A stretch of 64,000 bases of DNA from Geosiphon pyriformis uo1 (Eukaryota > Fungi > Glomeromycota). The position numbers were made by a program, and so were the translations under genes. Below are positions 14,821 through 26,072 of the stretch, in pieces; the stretch's first letter is position 1, and every line of letters starts with the position of its first letter. The notes beneath the pieces were generated by a model. That model was not told the origin of the DNA, ran no database searches, and worked only from the letters and a program-made list of their open reading frames with translations. The stretch is from positions 129,424 through 193,423 of the forward strand of contig JAAOMT010000697.1 in assembly GCA_016748015.1 (NCBI GenBank), written 5' to 3'.

Positions 14821-15156
14821 CATAATCATTACTATCATCATAATCATCATCGTCAAGATCCCATATATGTTCCAAGCTGTCAGTATCAGACTAGTCCTAA
14901 CTTTGGCAACACCATACTTACCGATTGTCAAGGGAAGCTAAACGATATCAAGACAATTAATAAAATTAATAAAAACAATATTAATAGTATTAGTGATATT
15001 TTGAACGCTCCATTACCAGAAGTTAGAATCTTACCTCCCCTTTCTACTAACAACAATTCACAAACGTCTACCTGTGGCTATAGTAGTTATTATGATTGCG
15101 GGATGGGAGGATATTACGATTTGCCTCCTTTTCGATATGTTAAGGAACAATTTTAA
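13903..15156 (+). CDS. creA: CreA/Mig1-family C2H2 zinc-finger carbon catabolite repressor, intronless
   Basis: [56 protein letters not shown] is the CreA/Mig1 finger pair (RLEH/RSDE). C-terminal LPPL and LPPFR effector-like motifs. First ATG at 13903. Confidence 0.88.
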
Positions 15157-16162
15157 TAAATTTCTTTTTTTTTTAATTTTAAATTTCCGACATTTATCAC
15201 GAACATATATATATATAAATTATACCTCTTTCTCTCGGATTTTCTTTTCACCTTTTAAGAGTTATTATTATCTAAGACAGATTTCGGGAAAAAAAAAAAA
15301 AAAATGAAACCAATTCTCTGAAACATTTTTTTTTGGTTAATGTGGGAATTACCAAGATAAAATGCGTAAAAGATTTGGACCAATTTTTCAATTTTCAATT
15401 TTCAATATTCTTTTCGATTCTCTTACATTATTAAAATTTGTTCACGAAACTTGGGTACTCAAATTTTTTTTTCTTTTTACCTTTAAATAAATTTATTCCC
15501 TTGTTTTTATATATTCCTAACCTCCTTGTACCTTGTAAGATATACACATCTATATATTTTTTTTAAATCCATGCCAAAAAATATTTCCGCTTTTTCTCGA
15601 TCATTTTGAAAAACTCACACTGATACCAAGACTCTTCTTTCGTACCGTGTACACAACACACATAATCAAGAACCGGCGGTTTGTAGATAGTAGTAGACTT
15701 TCTTTAAAATTATATATACCCTCCTTTGCATTAAAATCCCTTTTTTTGATTCTTTTGATTCTGAACTTTCCAAAAAATTTTTAAAATGACTTTTTTCTTT
15801 TTTTTTTTTGCTTGCTTGTTTGGTTTCTCATCGTTTAAAATGATTTCTTTTATATTTTTATATATATATTTTTATATATATCCCCAAGAATATTTTAGCC
15901 AAATCTTTAAACTATCATTCTTTTATCGATATATATATATATTTATTTAGATATATATTTAGATATATATTTACGAATTCCTTTTTGTTTTCCATTATTT
16001 TTATATGAATTTACGTCAAAAGATTGATAATTAACGCGTCAAACCAAAAAAATCGTTTTTTTTTTTGTTTGTTTTTTTTATTGACGAGTTTCTTCGATGA
16101 GACGGAACGTGATCTGAACAAGCCAAAAAAAAAATTAATAATTCCACAAACATCTTAAGCAC

Positions 16163-16197
<35 letters not shown>

Positions 16198-16429
16198 ACA
16201 CACAAATCTATATCTATGTAAATATTTTAAAAAATCTTAAATTCCAAATTTCTAAATACACTCTTAGATAGATGCATAGATTGATATATTATTATTATTT
16301 CTAGTATTATTATACATACACGACAGAAATTCTCAAAGCGATCTGTTTACATTTTTCTTTTAAGATCGATCGACAAACAGCAAAAGAAGACTATTTAAAA
16401 ATAAATAAAACTTCATCATTTATATACAG

Positions 16430-16462
<33 letters not shown>

Positions 16463-16803
16463 ATTTTTATGTTAAAAAGTTTAAGGTTTTTAATTCATAT
16501 AAATTTTTTTTTATCTTGTAAATTTATAAAAAAATGTTTTAAAAATCTGCACACACACATATACACACACAACTTTATTATTATTATATGAATCTACTAT
16601 ATCAAGGAATCCCCCCCCCCAAGTTTAAATTTTTTTTAAAATTTCGGTAAAAAATCATTTTAAAAAAGATTATTTGAGTCACCACATATATCTTTAATCT
16701 TTTTTTCATATAAATAAAAAAAAACGGACAGCATAATTACCAGTTATTTAATATAAAATTTTAAATGAGTACAAAACGTAAAAATATCTATTAATGATGT
16801 AAA

Positions 16804-16837
<34 letters not shown>

Positions 16838-16904
16838 TTATATCGTGGGACAGAAAAAAGATCTTTTTGGTACAACTTAACTGTCAAAAAAAAATAAAAA
16901 ATAA

Positions 16905-16938
<34 letters not shown>

Positions 16939-17066
16939 TATATTATGTTCGACCTGTTACCTGGTAACTTGTAAGGTATCTTTTGAATATTAAAAAATTT
17001 TTGATACGAATTTTTTTTTGAATAAAGATCTGTATTTATTATTAATTTAATAATAATAATAATATG

Positions 17067-17108
<42 letters not shown>

Positions 17109-17437
17109 TGATATGATAATGATGATTTTTTATATATATTAAAAAATTATTATTATTATTATTATTATTATTATTTAAAGATTGGATTTAATAAGTTTTT
17201 TTTTGTTTTTTTTATTTTTAATGAGTGGTAAAATTTTTAACAATATCAAATCAAAGATCTAATATATAAAATTTATGAATGATTAATCAAATCAAATCAA
17301 ATCAAATCAAATTAAATTAAATTAAATTGAATTAAATCAAATTATTGATATCATGATTTATTGTATTTTTTAAATCTTTTTTCTTTTTAAATTTAATCAA
17401 TAAATTGATAATTAATAATTATTATTATTAAAATATA

Positions 17438-17476
<39 letters not shown>

Positions 17477-17542
17477 GGAAATTAAAAAGAATCAAATAAA
17501 AACACATAATGAAATGAAATAAAATAAATTGTCGAAATTTTA

Positions 17543-17593
<51 letters not shown>

Positions 17594-18495
17594 TAATAAG
17601 TGTTGAAAAATAAAGGTTTTGGATATGATCCGTTACTTTTGGAAATTGTAAACATATCTTTGATAAATTTTCGTGATTAAAAGATTTTTTTGAGGTAAAC
17701 AAATCAAATTAAATTAAATTAAATAAAATCAAATCAAATCAAATCAAATCAAATCATAATTGAAAAATCATAATTGAAATCGTAAAAAAAAAGTTTTCAC
17801 ATGAAATATGTTTATTACTATCAGCAGAATCAAACAACGAAAAACCTGTTGCTGCGTCAATATTATTTATTTATTTGTCTATTTGTTTGTTTGTTTGTTT
17901 GTTTGTTTGTCTGTCTATTTTTTTGCTTGTTTATTTGTTTGTTTGATTTCTCTCTCGTTGTCAGTTTTTGATGGTTTTTTTGTGTGGGGAAAAACCCATA
18001 GATTGGATTTTTTTTTTTTTTTTTTGAAAAAGGAAAGTTAAAATTCCATAATGCTGATAAAAATTTACCTAATTAGAATATCTTTTTTTGTTAAGTGTGG
18101 AGGAACAAATAGTGGGGCATTGCAGAGTGATCTATATATCAGGTTAAAAACTTAGTATGGTAAAGTTCTTAAAACTAAATTAAGTCAAGTTTCGTGAAAA
18201 GATAAAAAGGATAACACAATGTTAATAATGATGATGATTTCGTAATATTTAAAAGAGATCGGGTAAGCGTGAAAAAGGTATAATAGAAAATTTTCAAGTA
18301 TTATTCTGCGTAAAAAAATTTTCATGAATGTAATAATTGCCTTTTTGTCCCAATTTAAAAATGAAGAGGTAAATAAAAATTTCCCAAAGTTTTTGGGTAT
18401 TTTTTGTGATTTTCATACTAAAACTTTTAAAAATTTCGTCAACGACATTTGATTTAAAAATTTTTTAATCTGTGAAATATAGCTACTACTACTAC

Positions 18496-18558
<63 letters not shown>

Positions 18559-18598
18559 TACTACTAAAAGATGATTTATCTATTATTCGATAAAAGCC

Positions 18599-18634
<36 letters not shown>

Positions 18635-18985
18635 ACTTTAAAATTAACATGTATATGCATCAACATTTGAAATTTCACGAAATTGGGCATCTCTGATCAT
18701 TTCATCCGATCCCCGACTCAAATAATTTAACCTTTACGGTTCACGCGCGTGTGCTGCGTGTCTTATCTCTCGAAATCAATCAGAACACTGCATCGGGAGT
18801 GTCAAATTGTAGGCCGTTAATAGTTATGAGTAAATGCCTTGATTGTTTGGGGAATCTGATATTTTATTTTAATTCTTTATTTGAAATTTCAAGAATTTCA
18901 ATTCGCTACCAAGCTTTCTTATAAAGATGTTTTTTTTTTCATTAATTCAACAGTTCCCAGGAGTTATTATTGAAATTTCTCAAAG

Positions 18986-19020
<35 letters not shown>

Positions 19021-19021
19021 C

Positions 19022-19075
<54 letters not shown>

Positions 19076-19309
19076 CAATAATAATCAATATATCTATATT
19101 TTATTCATCTTTAGAATTACTTTAAATCAAATTTTTTACTATTTCTAGAATTGAAAATTTTTTTATCATTTCTTAAAACGCTATACCCTTTGAAATTTAC
19201 CGGGTTACTACAATTTTGAAATAGCATACGTAAATGACAGGTTGGACGCAATCACTCGGTTACTTCTTTCGTTCTTGTTGTTCTTGTTGTTGTTGTTGTT
19301 GTTGTTGTT

Positions 19310-19662
19310 GTTTCATTATTATTTTCATAATTATAAACATGTACGTTGTGAGGTATCATCGAGTTCTTGCTTCTTGAATCTTACCTCATTAATTTTTTTT
19401 TATGCAATGATATGCCATTTAATTGATGATGATACAGTTTCCTTTTGAGGATAAATTGACTGTTAAAAAATATATATATATATTAAAACCATAAAGAAAA
19501 GGTTTCACCATGTGTTCAAAAAAAATATTTGTGTAATAGAATAAATCTTTAAAAATTAGAATGGAATTTATTATCTATTTTTATTTTTAAAATATTTTTT
19601 CAATTATATAATTTAAGATTCATTTTCTTTCATTGCTAATCATGAATTAAAAAGATTATAAA

Positions 19663-19696
<34 letters not shown>

Positions 19697-19902
19697 CGTA
19701 TTTTATTTTATTTTATTTTATTTTTTGATAAAAATCATTTTCACAATACCTTTGATTGTTTTAAAATCGTCATAAGAGTATGATTTCATATCATCACATC
19801 ATGGAAAATTTTCAAAGCTTATCAATGGGTTTAAAACAATGTAATTTTTAATTTGAATATAAATCATATTATTTCTCCTCCTCCTCCTCCTCCTCCTCCT
19901 CC

Positions 19903-19934
<32 letters not shown>

Positions 19935-20160
19935 CTAAATCACGCGAAATCTTTGAAAATTTCAGCTGATTATTACGCTCCCAATTCAATAAAATTATTA
20001 AAAACTATATATATGTGTGCGTAACTTTATTTTTGGTACATGTTTCAAATTGCTATGACATAAAAAAAAGCATTTTTTTTTTCGTAAAAAAGACAACCCT
20101 CAATTTAATTTTCAATTGTTGAAAATTTGTGAATGAATGATATTTTCCGATTATATTAAA
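19310..20160 (-). repeat. Arm B of the diverged non-coding inverted duplication (partner ~7560-8480)
   Basis: Reverse complement contains ttttttaacagtcaatttatcctcaaaaggaaactgtatcat (cf. 8295-8338 ttttttaactccgtcaatttatcctaaagaagaaactttatcat) and aaacaatcaaaggtattgtga (cf. 8125 aaacaatgaaagctattgtga). Confidence 0.75.
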
Positions 20161-20972
20161 CGTCTTCTTGTTCCTTGTATCATAGTTGGAGATTGATCAA
20201 TCAATCGATCAATCAATCAATTAATTGAGAATGAAACTTTAAAACAATTTAATTTAAATAATAAATTTGAATTTAAGTTATAATTGTTTGTTTTTTTTAA
20301 TATTTTTAAAAACAATTTAAAAGATTATTATTATTCTTGATTATTAATTGTCAAATTCAAATTCAAATTCAAATTCAAATTATTATTATTTATTATTATT
20401 ATTATTATTATTATTTTAAAAAAATTGTTTATCAAAATTTTATTTTATTTCATTATAATTAATAATATATTTTTAATTAATCAATAATTTTTTTCATTAT
20501 AATTATTAATTAATCAACAATCTTTATTTATTTATTTATTCAATTATTTATTTTTCATTTATATTATTTTTTGAATAATTATCTTTTGAATTACTTATTT
20601 TTTACTTCTATACATTATTAATTTATTTATTTATTTATTTTTTTACATTATAAATTATAATAAAAGTAAAAAATTGACCAGTCTATACACATATATAATA
20701 AAACCATGTATAATTTGTTGCAAAAAGAAATCTTTTCTATAAAAAATGCATAAATTAAATTTATTATGAGATATGTACATGTTTCAAAATAAATAAATAA
20801 ATAACATTTAAGTTACACTCAATAAAGCAAAAAATAATATATATTAACAAAAATATACTAATTATGAATTATAACATATTATATTATTGGAATTTATTTC
20901 TATTTTTTTCATAATCTGTATCTTGATTTATTTTAATTGAGGAAATTTGTTTTTTAAAAAAAGTGAAATAAT

Positions 20973-22022
20973 TTATTCATCATCAGTATCATTGGCTTTA
21001 TAGGCAAATACTTTTCGTTGATTCTTCAACAAAACTGAACACCTTTCACCTGTAAAAGATTCAATCGTTGGTACTCCCAATGTTTCCATATTGATAAAAA
21101 TCACATCTCCAGGGAGTATAACCACCTTAATCATTTTCTTTTCAAAAAAATACTCCCCACCAGTAAAATCTCCACCCACAAAAATGACGTCCAACCCGAA
21201 TGGAATTGACATTACTTTTCGACACTCTTGTTTAGGACTAGTTTGTGGAAAATTAAATTGAGTTAGTTGCCAAGGACCCGGATGCCATTTGACTTCTTTG
21301 GGGAGCGTCAGGCTGTTGTAGGTCTTCAACAAACCGGGGTATATGTCTGATATTAGGGTGCTGGCGAATTGGTTCAAATTTTGAACGCATGGGCGAATCT
21401 GGTTTTGAATAAATGTATAATAATCACCCGTTGCAAATTTGATTTCGGAACAGGTGAAAGGGGAATCAGCAGAGCCCACTTCATTCCCAAAAGTGACGCA
21501 AAGATTTGCAGCTTTAGTCTTTTTTTTGATGGAAGCATAAGTTGGTTGCGTTTTAAGGTTATGGCAAAGTTGGGTTACTTGATTGAAAAGAGCACCATTT
21601 TTGTGATGTTGGTTTCTGAAAAGATGAAAAGATGTATAACTAACGGTTTTTCTTGAAGGTAGATATTCAGATTCAGAGGATGATTCGGAGGATGATCCGG
21701 AATAGGGTTGCAAATTAGGTGACCCAGGTGGAGAGTCGACGCGAGCAGGAATGTAAAGGGAAAATGGTGCAGCGAGAGAAAATGATGAGTCGTCTTCATT
21801 GCCGGAGCTGTCGTCGTCGTCATCGGGCGGAGTGATGATAGTTGTATTGTAAAGTAAGACCTCCTGATAGTTTGAACCAATAGTTAAAAGAGTATTTTTT
21901 ACTTTGCGGTCGGAAATTTCGAGGCAAAATCTATGGTGATCAGTTTGAAGAGAACATTGTGGTTGGATATCTTGAGGACTGTAAATTGTAATACAAACTG
22001 AATATCTTGATAAAAAAACCAT
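20973..22022 (-). CDS. Intronless 349-aa protein with a C-terminal 2OG-Fe(II) dioxygenase (TET/JBP-like) fold; metal ligands apparently lost
   Basis: Intact ORF. GGDFTGGEYFFEKKMIKVVILPGDVIFIN...FTGERCSVLL matches the GxFxGGxL...PGDvixF...GxRxSlV pattern of fungal TET/JBP-like double-stranded beta-helix domains. No HxD or distal His. Confidence 0.65.
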   Translation of the reverse strand: MVFLSRYSVCITIYSPQDIQPQCSLQTDHHRFCLEISDRKVKNTLLTIGSNYQEVLLYNTTIITPPDDDDDSSGNEDDSSFSLAAPFSLYIPARVDSPPGSPNLQPYSGSSSESSSESEYLPSRKTVSYTSFHLFRNQHHKNGALFNQVTQLCHNLKTQPTYASIKKKTKAANLCVTFGNEVGSADSPFTCSEIKFATGDYYTFIQNQIRPCVQNLNQFASTLISDIYPGLLKTYNSLTLPKEVKWHPGPWQLTQFNFPQTSPKQECRKVMSIPFGLDVIFVGGDFTGGEYFFEKKMIKVVILPGDVIFINMETLGVPTIESFTGERCSVLLKNQRKVFAYKANDTDDE

Positions 22023-23394
22023 TTATAATTAAAGAATATTATTCTTTACATATACATATACATACACAGGCAAATGCCCCGTCCAACCCTCACGTCTCTT
22101 AGTTCGAATTGTCTCAAAAGAGCGCTCAGTATGTCTGACTAGTTTAGTCCAATCAGTGGTGTACATGGTGAGAAGATGAAGAAGAAAAATTGGTCAAATG
22201 TTAGTTTTTTCTATCTAATCTAAATTTTGGGACGAAATCTCTTTTCATGTCGCGTCATTATATCTGTTGATCCCAATTAAGTCTAAACCGGGTTTCAAAT
22301 TTTTCAAAAAAACACGAACAATATCTTCTGATTGTTTTAATTTAAATATAATATTTAAGTAATTTAAGTTAATTTAAGTTAATTAATCAAAATCTTTTAT
22401 TTATTTTATTACTTTTATTCTTTATAATATTGTTTTACAGCGAAATTTTAATCAGTTATTTTTTACTGATTTTACAATCTGAATAAAATATTTATTTATT
22501 ATTTTAATAAGAATAGCCGACTATTAAATATTTCTTTCAAGTCACTCTGCAATGATCTCTTATTCCAGATGTTAACTTTAATTATTTTAAACTAGTAACA
22601 GCCTTAGAATTTAAGCATCTATTAGTTTTTTATACACCGATTTTTGTATTAATGATGATTACTTATAGTGTTACTTAATTTTGATTTATTCTATTGCTAA
22701 TTAGGGTTTTTAACTTTAATTCTTGTTTTGTATGAAAAATACCAAAAAGATCATAAAGAATATAGTAACTCTTTTGTATTCATTTCAACCATTAATACCT
22801 TTTTAAGGATAAAAAAATAGATGATACCATTTGCAACTCATCATGAAATCCTTCTAAGCATAATCTTGAACAAATAATAAATAATAAATAATAAATAATT
22901 TTTCTAACTCTCCATTTTCGATAATGTTCTGGCAAGAAAATTTTTCATACCGTTTTTATAATTTCCTGGCATTCGATTCATTCGCGATGGGAATTGCTAG
23001 CTGAAACTAGGGGATCTAAAATTAGGATTTCTGGATACCTACTTAAAGTTGACCATATGTAAAGAGTGAAAGATATTGTATTTTCAGTTTGCGATTTTAG
23101 GTCAATGTAAGAAAGAAAATTTTTTTGTTACTCCTTATTATATCTAATTATAAATTTTTTTTAATATACTAAATGAGTACATTTATTTTTGTATAATGAT
23201 AATTTCTAAAGTATTGTATGGACAAAAAAGTTTTATTAATGGCCGGTTTTAATATCTTGCTTTACCTTCAGATGCTTCGATCGAAAAGGAAAATCTTAGT
23301 AATTACGCAATTGATTGGAGAATATTAAATGATAGTGGTCGTCTGGATTTCAAATTAATTAAATTTAAATAAGCCAAACCATGCGATCACAAAA

Positions 23395-24026
23395 TTTTTG
23401 TTGATATTACGTCACGCGTTTTCTTTCCGATTATTTACTCATGCGCTGAAGATTTTTTCAAATCTCCATTTCTACCCTTTCCCACCTTTACAACAAAACA
23501 TACGACTTCCTTACCATGAAGGATACTGAGGAAGATTATTTAGAAAAGACTTCGTCGGCTATGTGGACCCTCGACGATTTCTGTAGCTGGTGTGCAAACG
23601 AACGGTTTATGGATAGAAAAAAAATCTTGGATCATATCAAGAGACGTCTCCAAGATGTCGACAAGACTAAATTAATTCCGGAGGAAATGAGGCAGAAGGC
23701 ATTTGAACTGCTGGAGAATTTAAAGGCAAGTAAATTTTTATAATACGCTGGGATAGAATTTGTATGTGGCCTGAGGAGACTACTTGTTTCTTCGAGTTGC
23801 TACATATTTGAAGAGGCATTACGAAGATGTCGGACTAAGTCAGGAGATTTTAAATTTAGCTCAATTCAAATCAACTTAAATTGATTGGTAATCTCGTGAA
23901 GATTGAAGGGATCCGAGGAGCTTTACATGAAGCCCAAAAACTCGTGGGGACCAAAAAAAATCCTCAAATTTTGTTCGAAGATGAGGTATTAACTTTACCA
24001 TCTCCAGTTGATATGCAAGAGAATGA
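23395..24026 (+). repeat. Left arm of a ~630 bp near-perfect inverted repeat
   Basis: Reverse complement of 24759-25389; about 7 substitutions and 1 single-base indel by manual comparison. Confidence 0.95.
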
Positions 24027-24758
24027 CTGTATGCATGAAGATGTCGGCTATATTTTTGAGCTTTTACGTTATGCGTATGTTTTGTAATTTCTCATATATT
24101 CGTATTTTTATGAATACATGTAATTTAATTATGCATTTAATAGATGTGAATGGATTTCAGAATCAATTCATCGCGTCATAACTCTGAACGGAATATAGAT
24201 ATGTTTGTAAAACGTCATATTTTCTCTCGTTTAAAGGGCGTCGTTGATCAACACTTGTAATTATTATTTTTTCTTTTTGATCTTCGTAATTAAAGCTTTT
24301 TGTTGATTGTATTAGTGGGGAAATGGTATCTTGCGCATCACGTGATCGCAGAGTAAATGCCTCTGATTTTTTAACAACGCAGAAGGATATCACGTGGATT
24401 GGATGTTTACGGTAGGTTTACTCTATATATTATCATTATTGATAATATTTAAATTACTAACAGTAATTTTTTAATAGCGGCATGATCTTTCCAACAAATC
24501 ATGGGGATAGGAATTTTCTATGTATGAACGTGCTGGATCCAAAACTGACAACAAAACAAAAATTGATTCTGACACTTTGAAACTCCAAAAAACGTTGAGA
24601 CATGCATAAAACCCTTAAGGACATTTCTGCAGCAGGCAATGGAGCGGTTACAAAACCAGTGCTCAATGGATTTTCCAAGTTAATAATGCCTGGATTTGTT
24701 TCTTCTTTTTTTATTCACATAATTTGGGTTATTTATGTTGGGTGCTGGCTTTTATGAT
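23516..24758 (+). pseudogene. Disrupted multi-exon gene with a PD-(D/E)xK restriction-endonuclease-like domain (Crinkler/CR-REase type); 3' end replaced by an inverted copy of its 5' part
   Basis: Exon fragments MKDTEEDYLE..., HNSERNIDMFVKRHIF, GEMVSCASRDRR, GYHVDWMFT, WG*EFSMYERAGSKTDNKTKIDSDTLKLQK, with an in-frame stop and frameshifts. Confidence 0.6.
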
Positions 24759-25389
24759 TCATTCTCTTGTATATCAACTGGAGATGGTAAAGTTAATACC
24801 TCATCTTCGAACAAGATTTGAGGATTTTTTTTGGTCCCCACGAGTTTTTGGGCTTCATGTAAAGCTCCTCGGATCCCTTCAATCTTCACGAGATTACCAA
24901 TCAATTTAAGTTGATCTGAATTGAGCTAAATTTAAAATCTCCTGACTTAGTCCGACATCTTCGTAATGCCTCTTCAAATATGTAGCAACCCGAAGAAACA
25001 AGTAGTCTCCTCAGGCCACATACAAATTCTATCCCAGGGTATTATAAAAATTTACTTGCCTTTAAATTCTCCAGCAGTTCAAATGCCTTCTGCCTCATTT
25101 CCTCCGGAATTAATTTAGTCTTGTTGACATCTTGGAGACGTCTCTTGATATGATCCAAGATTTTTTTTCTATCCATAAACCGTTCGTTTGCACACCAGCT
25201 ACAAAAATCGTCGAGGGTCCACATAGCCGACGAAGTCTTTTCTAAATAATCTTCCTCAGTATCCTTCATGGTAAGGAAGTCGTATGTTTTGTTGTAAAGG
25301 TGGGAAAGGGTAGAAATGGAGATTTGAAAAATCTTCAGCGCATGAGTAAATAATCGGAAAGAAAACGCGTGACGTAATATCAACAAAAA
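24759..25389 (-). repeat. Right arm of the inverted repeat (duplicated 5' leader and first exons)
   Basis: ORF 25042-25548 repeats the 75-aa peptide of 23516-23743 with one D/N change. Confidence 0.95.
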
Positions 25390-26072
25390 GTTTTTTGAAT
25401 TTTTTGTGATTATTATCAATGCGATATATTTATTCTCACATTCTAATATAAGGTTTGATATATTATTCTCTTTTCCCCCTCTATTTAGAACCCGGATGAA
25501 AACAACAATCGTGGAGTTAATTATTCCCAAAAAATTCCCATATAACATTTAATAAATTGAAAAAATTTTTGTAAACTTGGTTTGGTTTATTTAAATTGGG
25601 TTTTTTTTTGGAATATTTTTTGTTAGAGTAAACAAAAAAAAATCCTAACATGAAGTTAGATCACTGTTAATGAGTGCGATAATTAGGTTTCTAAGTTAAT
25701 ATTATTATTGAAAATTGTAAATTGCCAACCAATTTTTTAATAACTTGGTAATATTTAACTTTTTTAATAAAAATTAAATTAAATATGAAATTTTTTTAAA
25801 AAAGTTGTAAATAATACAGATCAATAAATAATAAATTAACAAATATTTAAAAAAAACTAAATTTAATAAAAAAATTTATTATTATTATTATTATTATTTT
25901 AACATACAAAGCTTAATTATTATTTATTACAATATAACAAATTAAGTATTTTAAAATAAATATAATTTACACATTTTTTACATATGACCAAACATAAATC
26001 CAGTTTAAACTAAACTATGTTGAATTGAAAATTTATTTTAAGAAGATATTTTATACATATAAACAATCAATA

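Noticed and set aside
7244-19448. Many short ORFs made of poly-Ile, Asn, Tyr, Leu or Val
   Set aside because: They are translations of (AAT)n, (TAC)n and similar microsatellites with no coding signature
22960-23371. Possible gene remnant (...LPSDASIEKENLSNYAIDWRILNDSGRLDFKLIKFK*)
   Set aside because: Short and interrupted by stops, with no family I can identify
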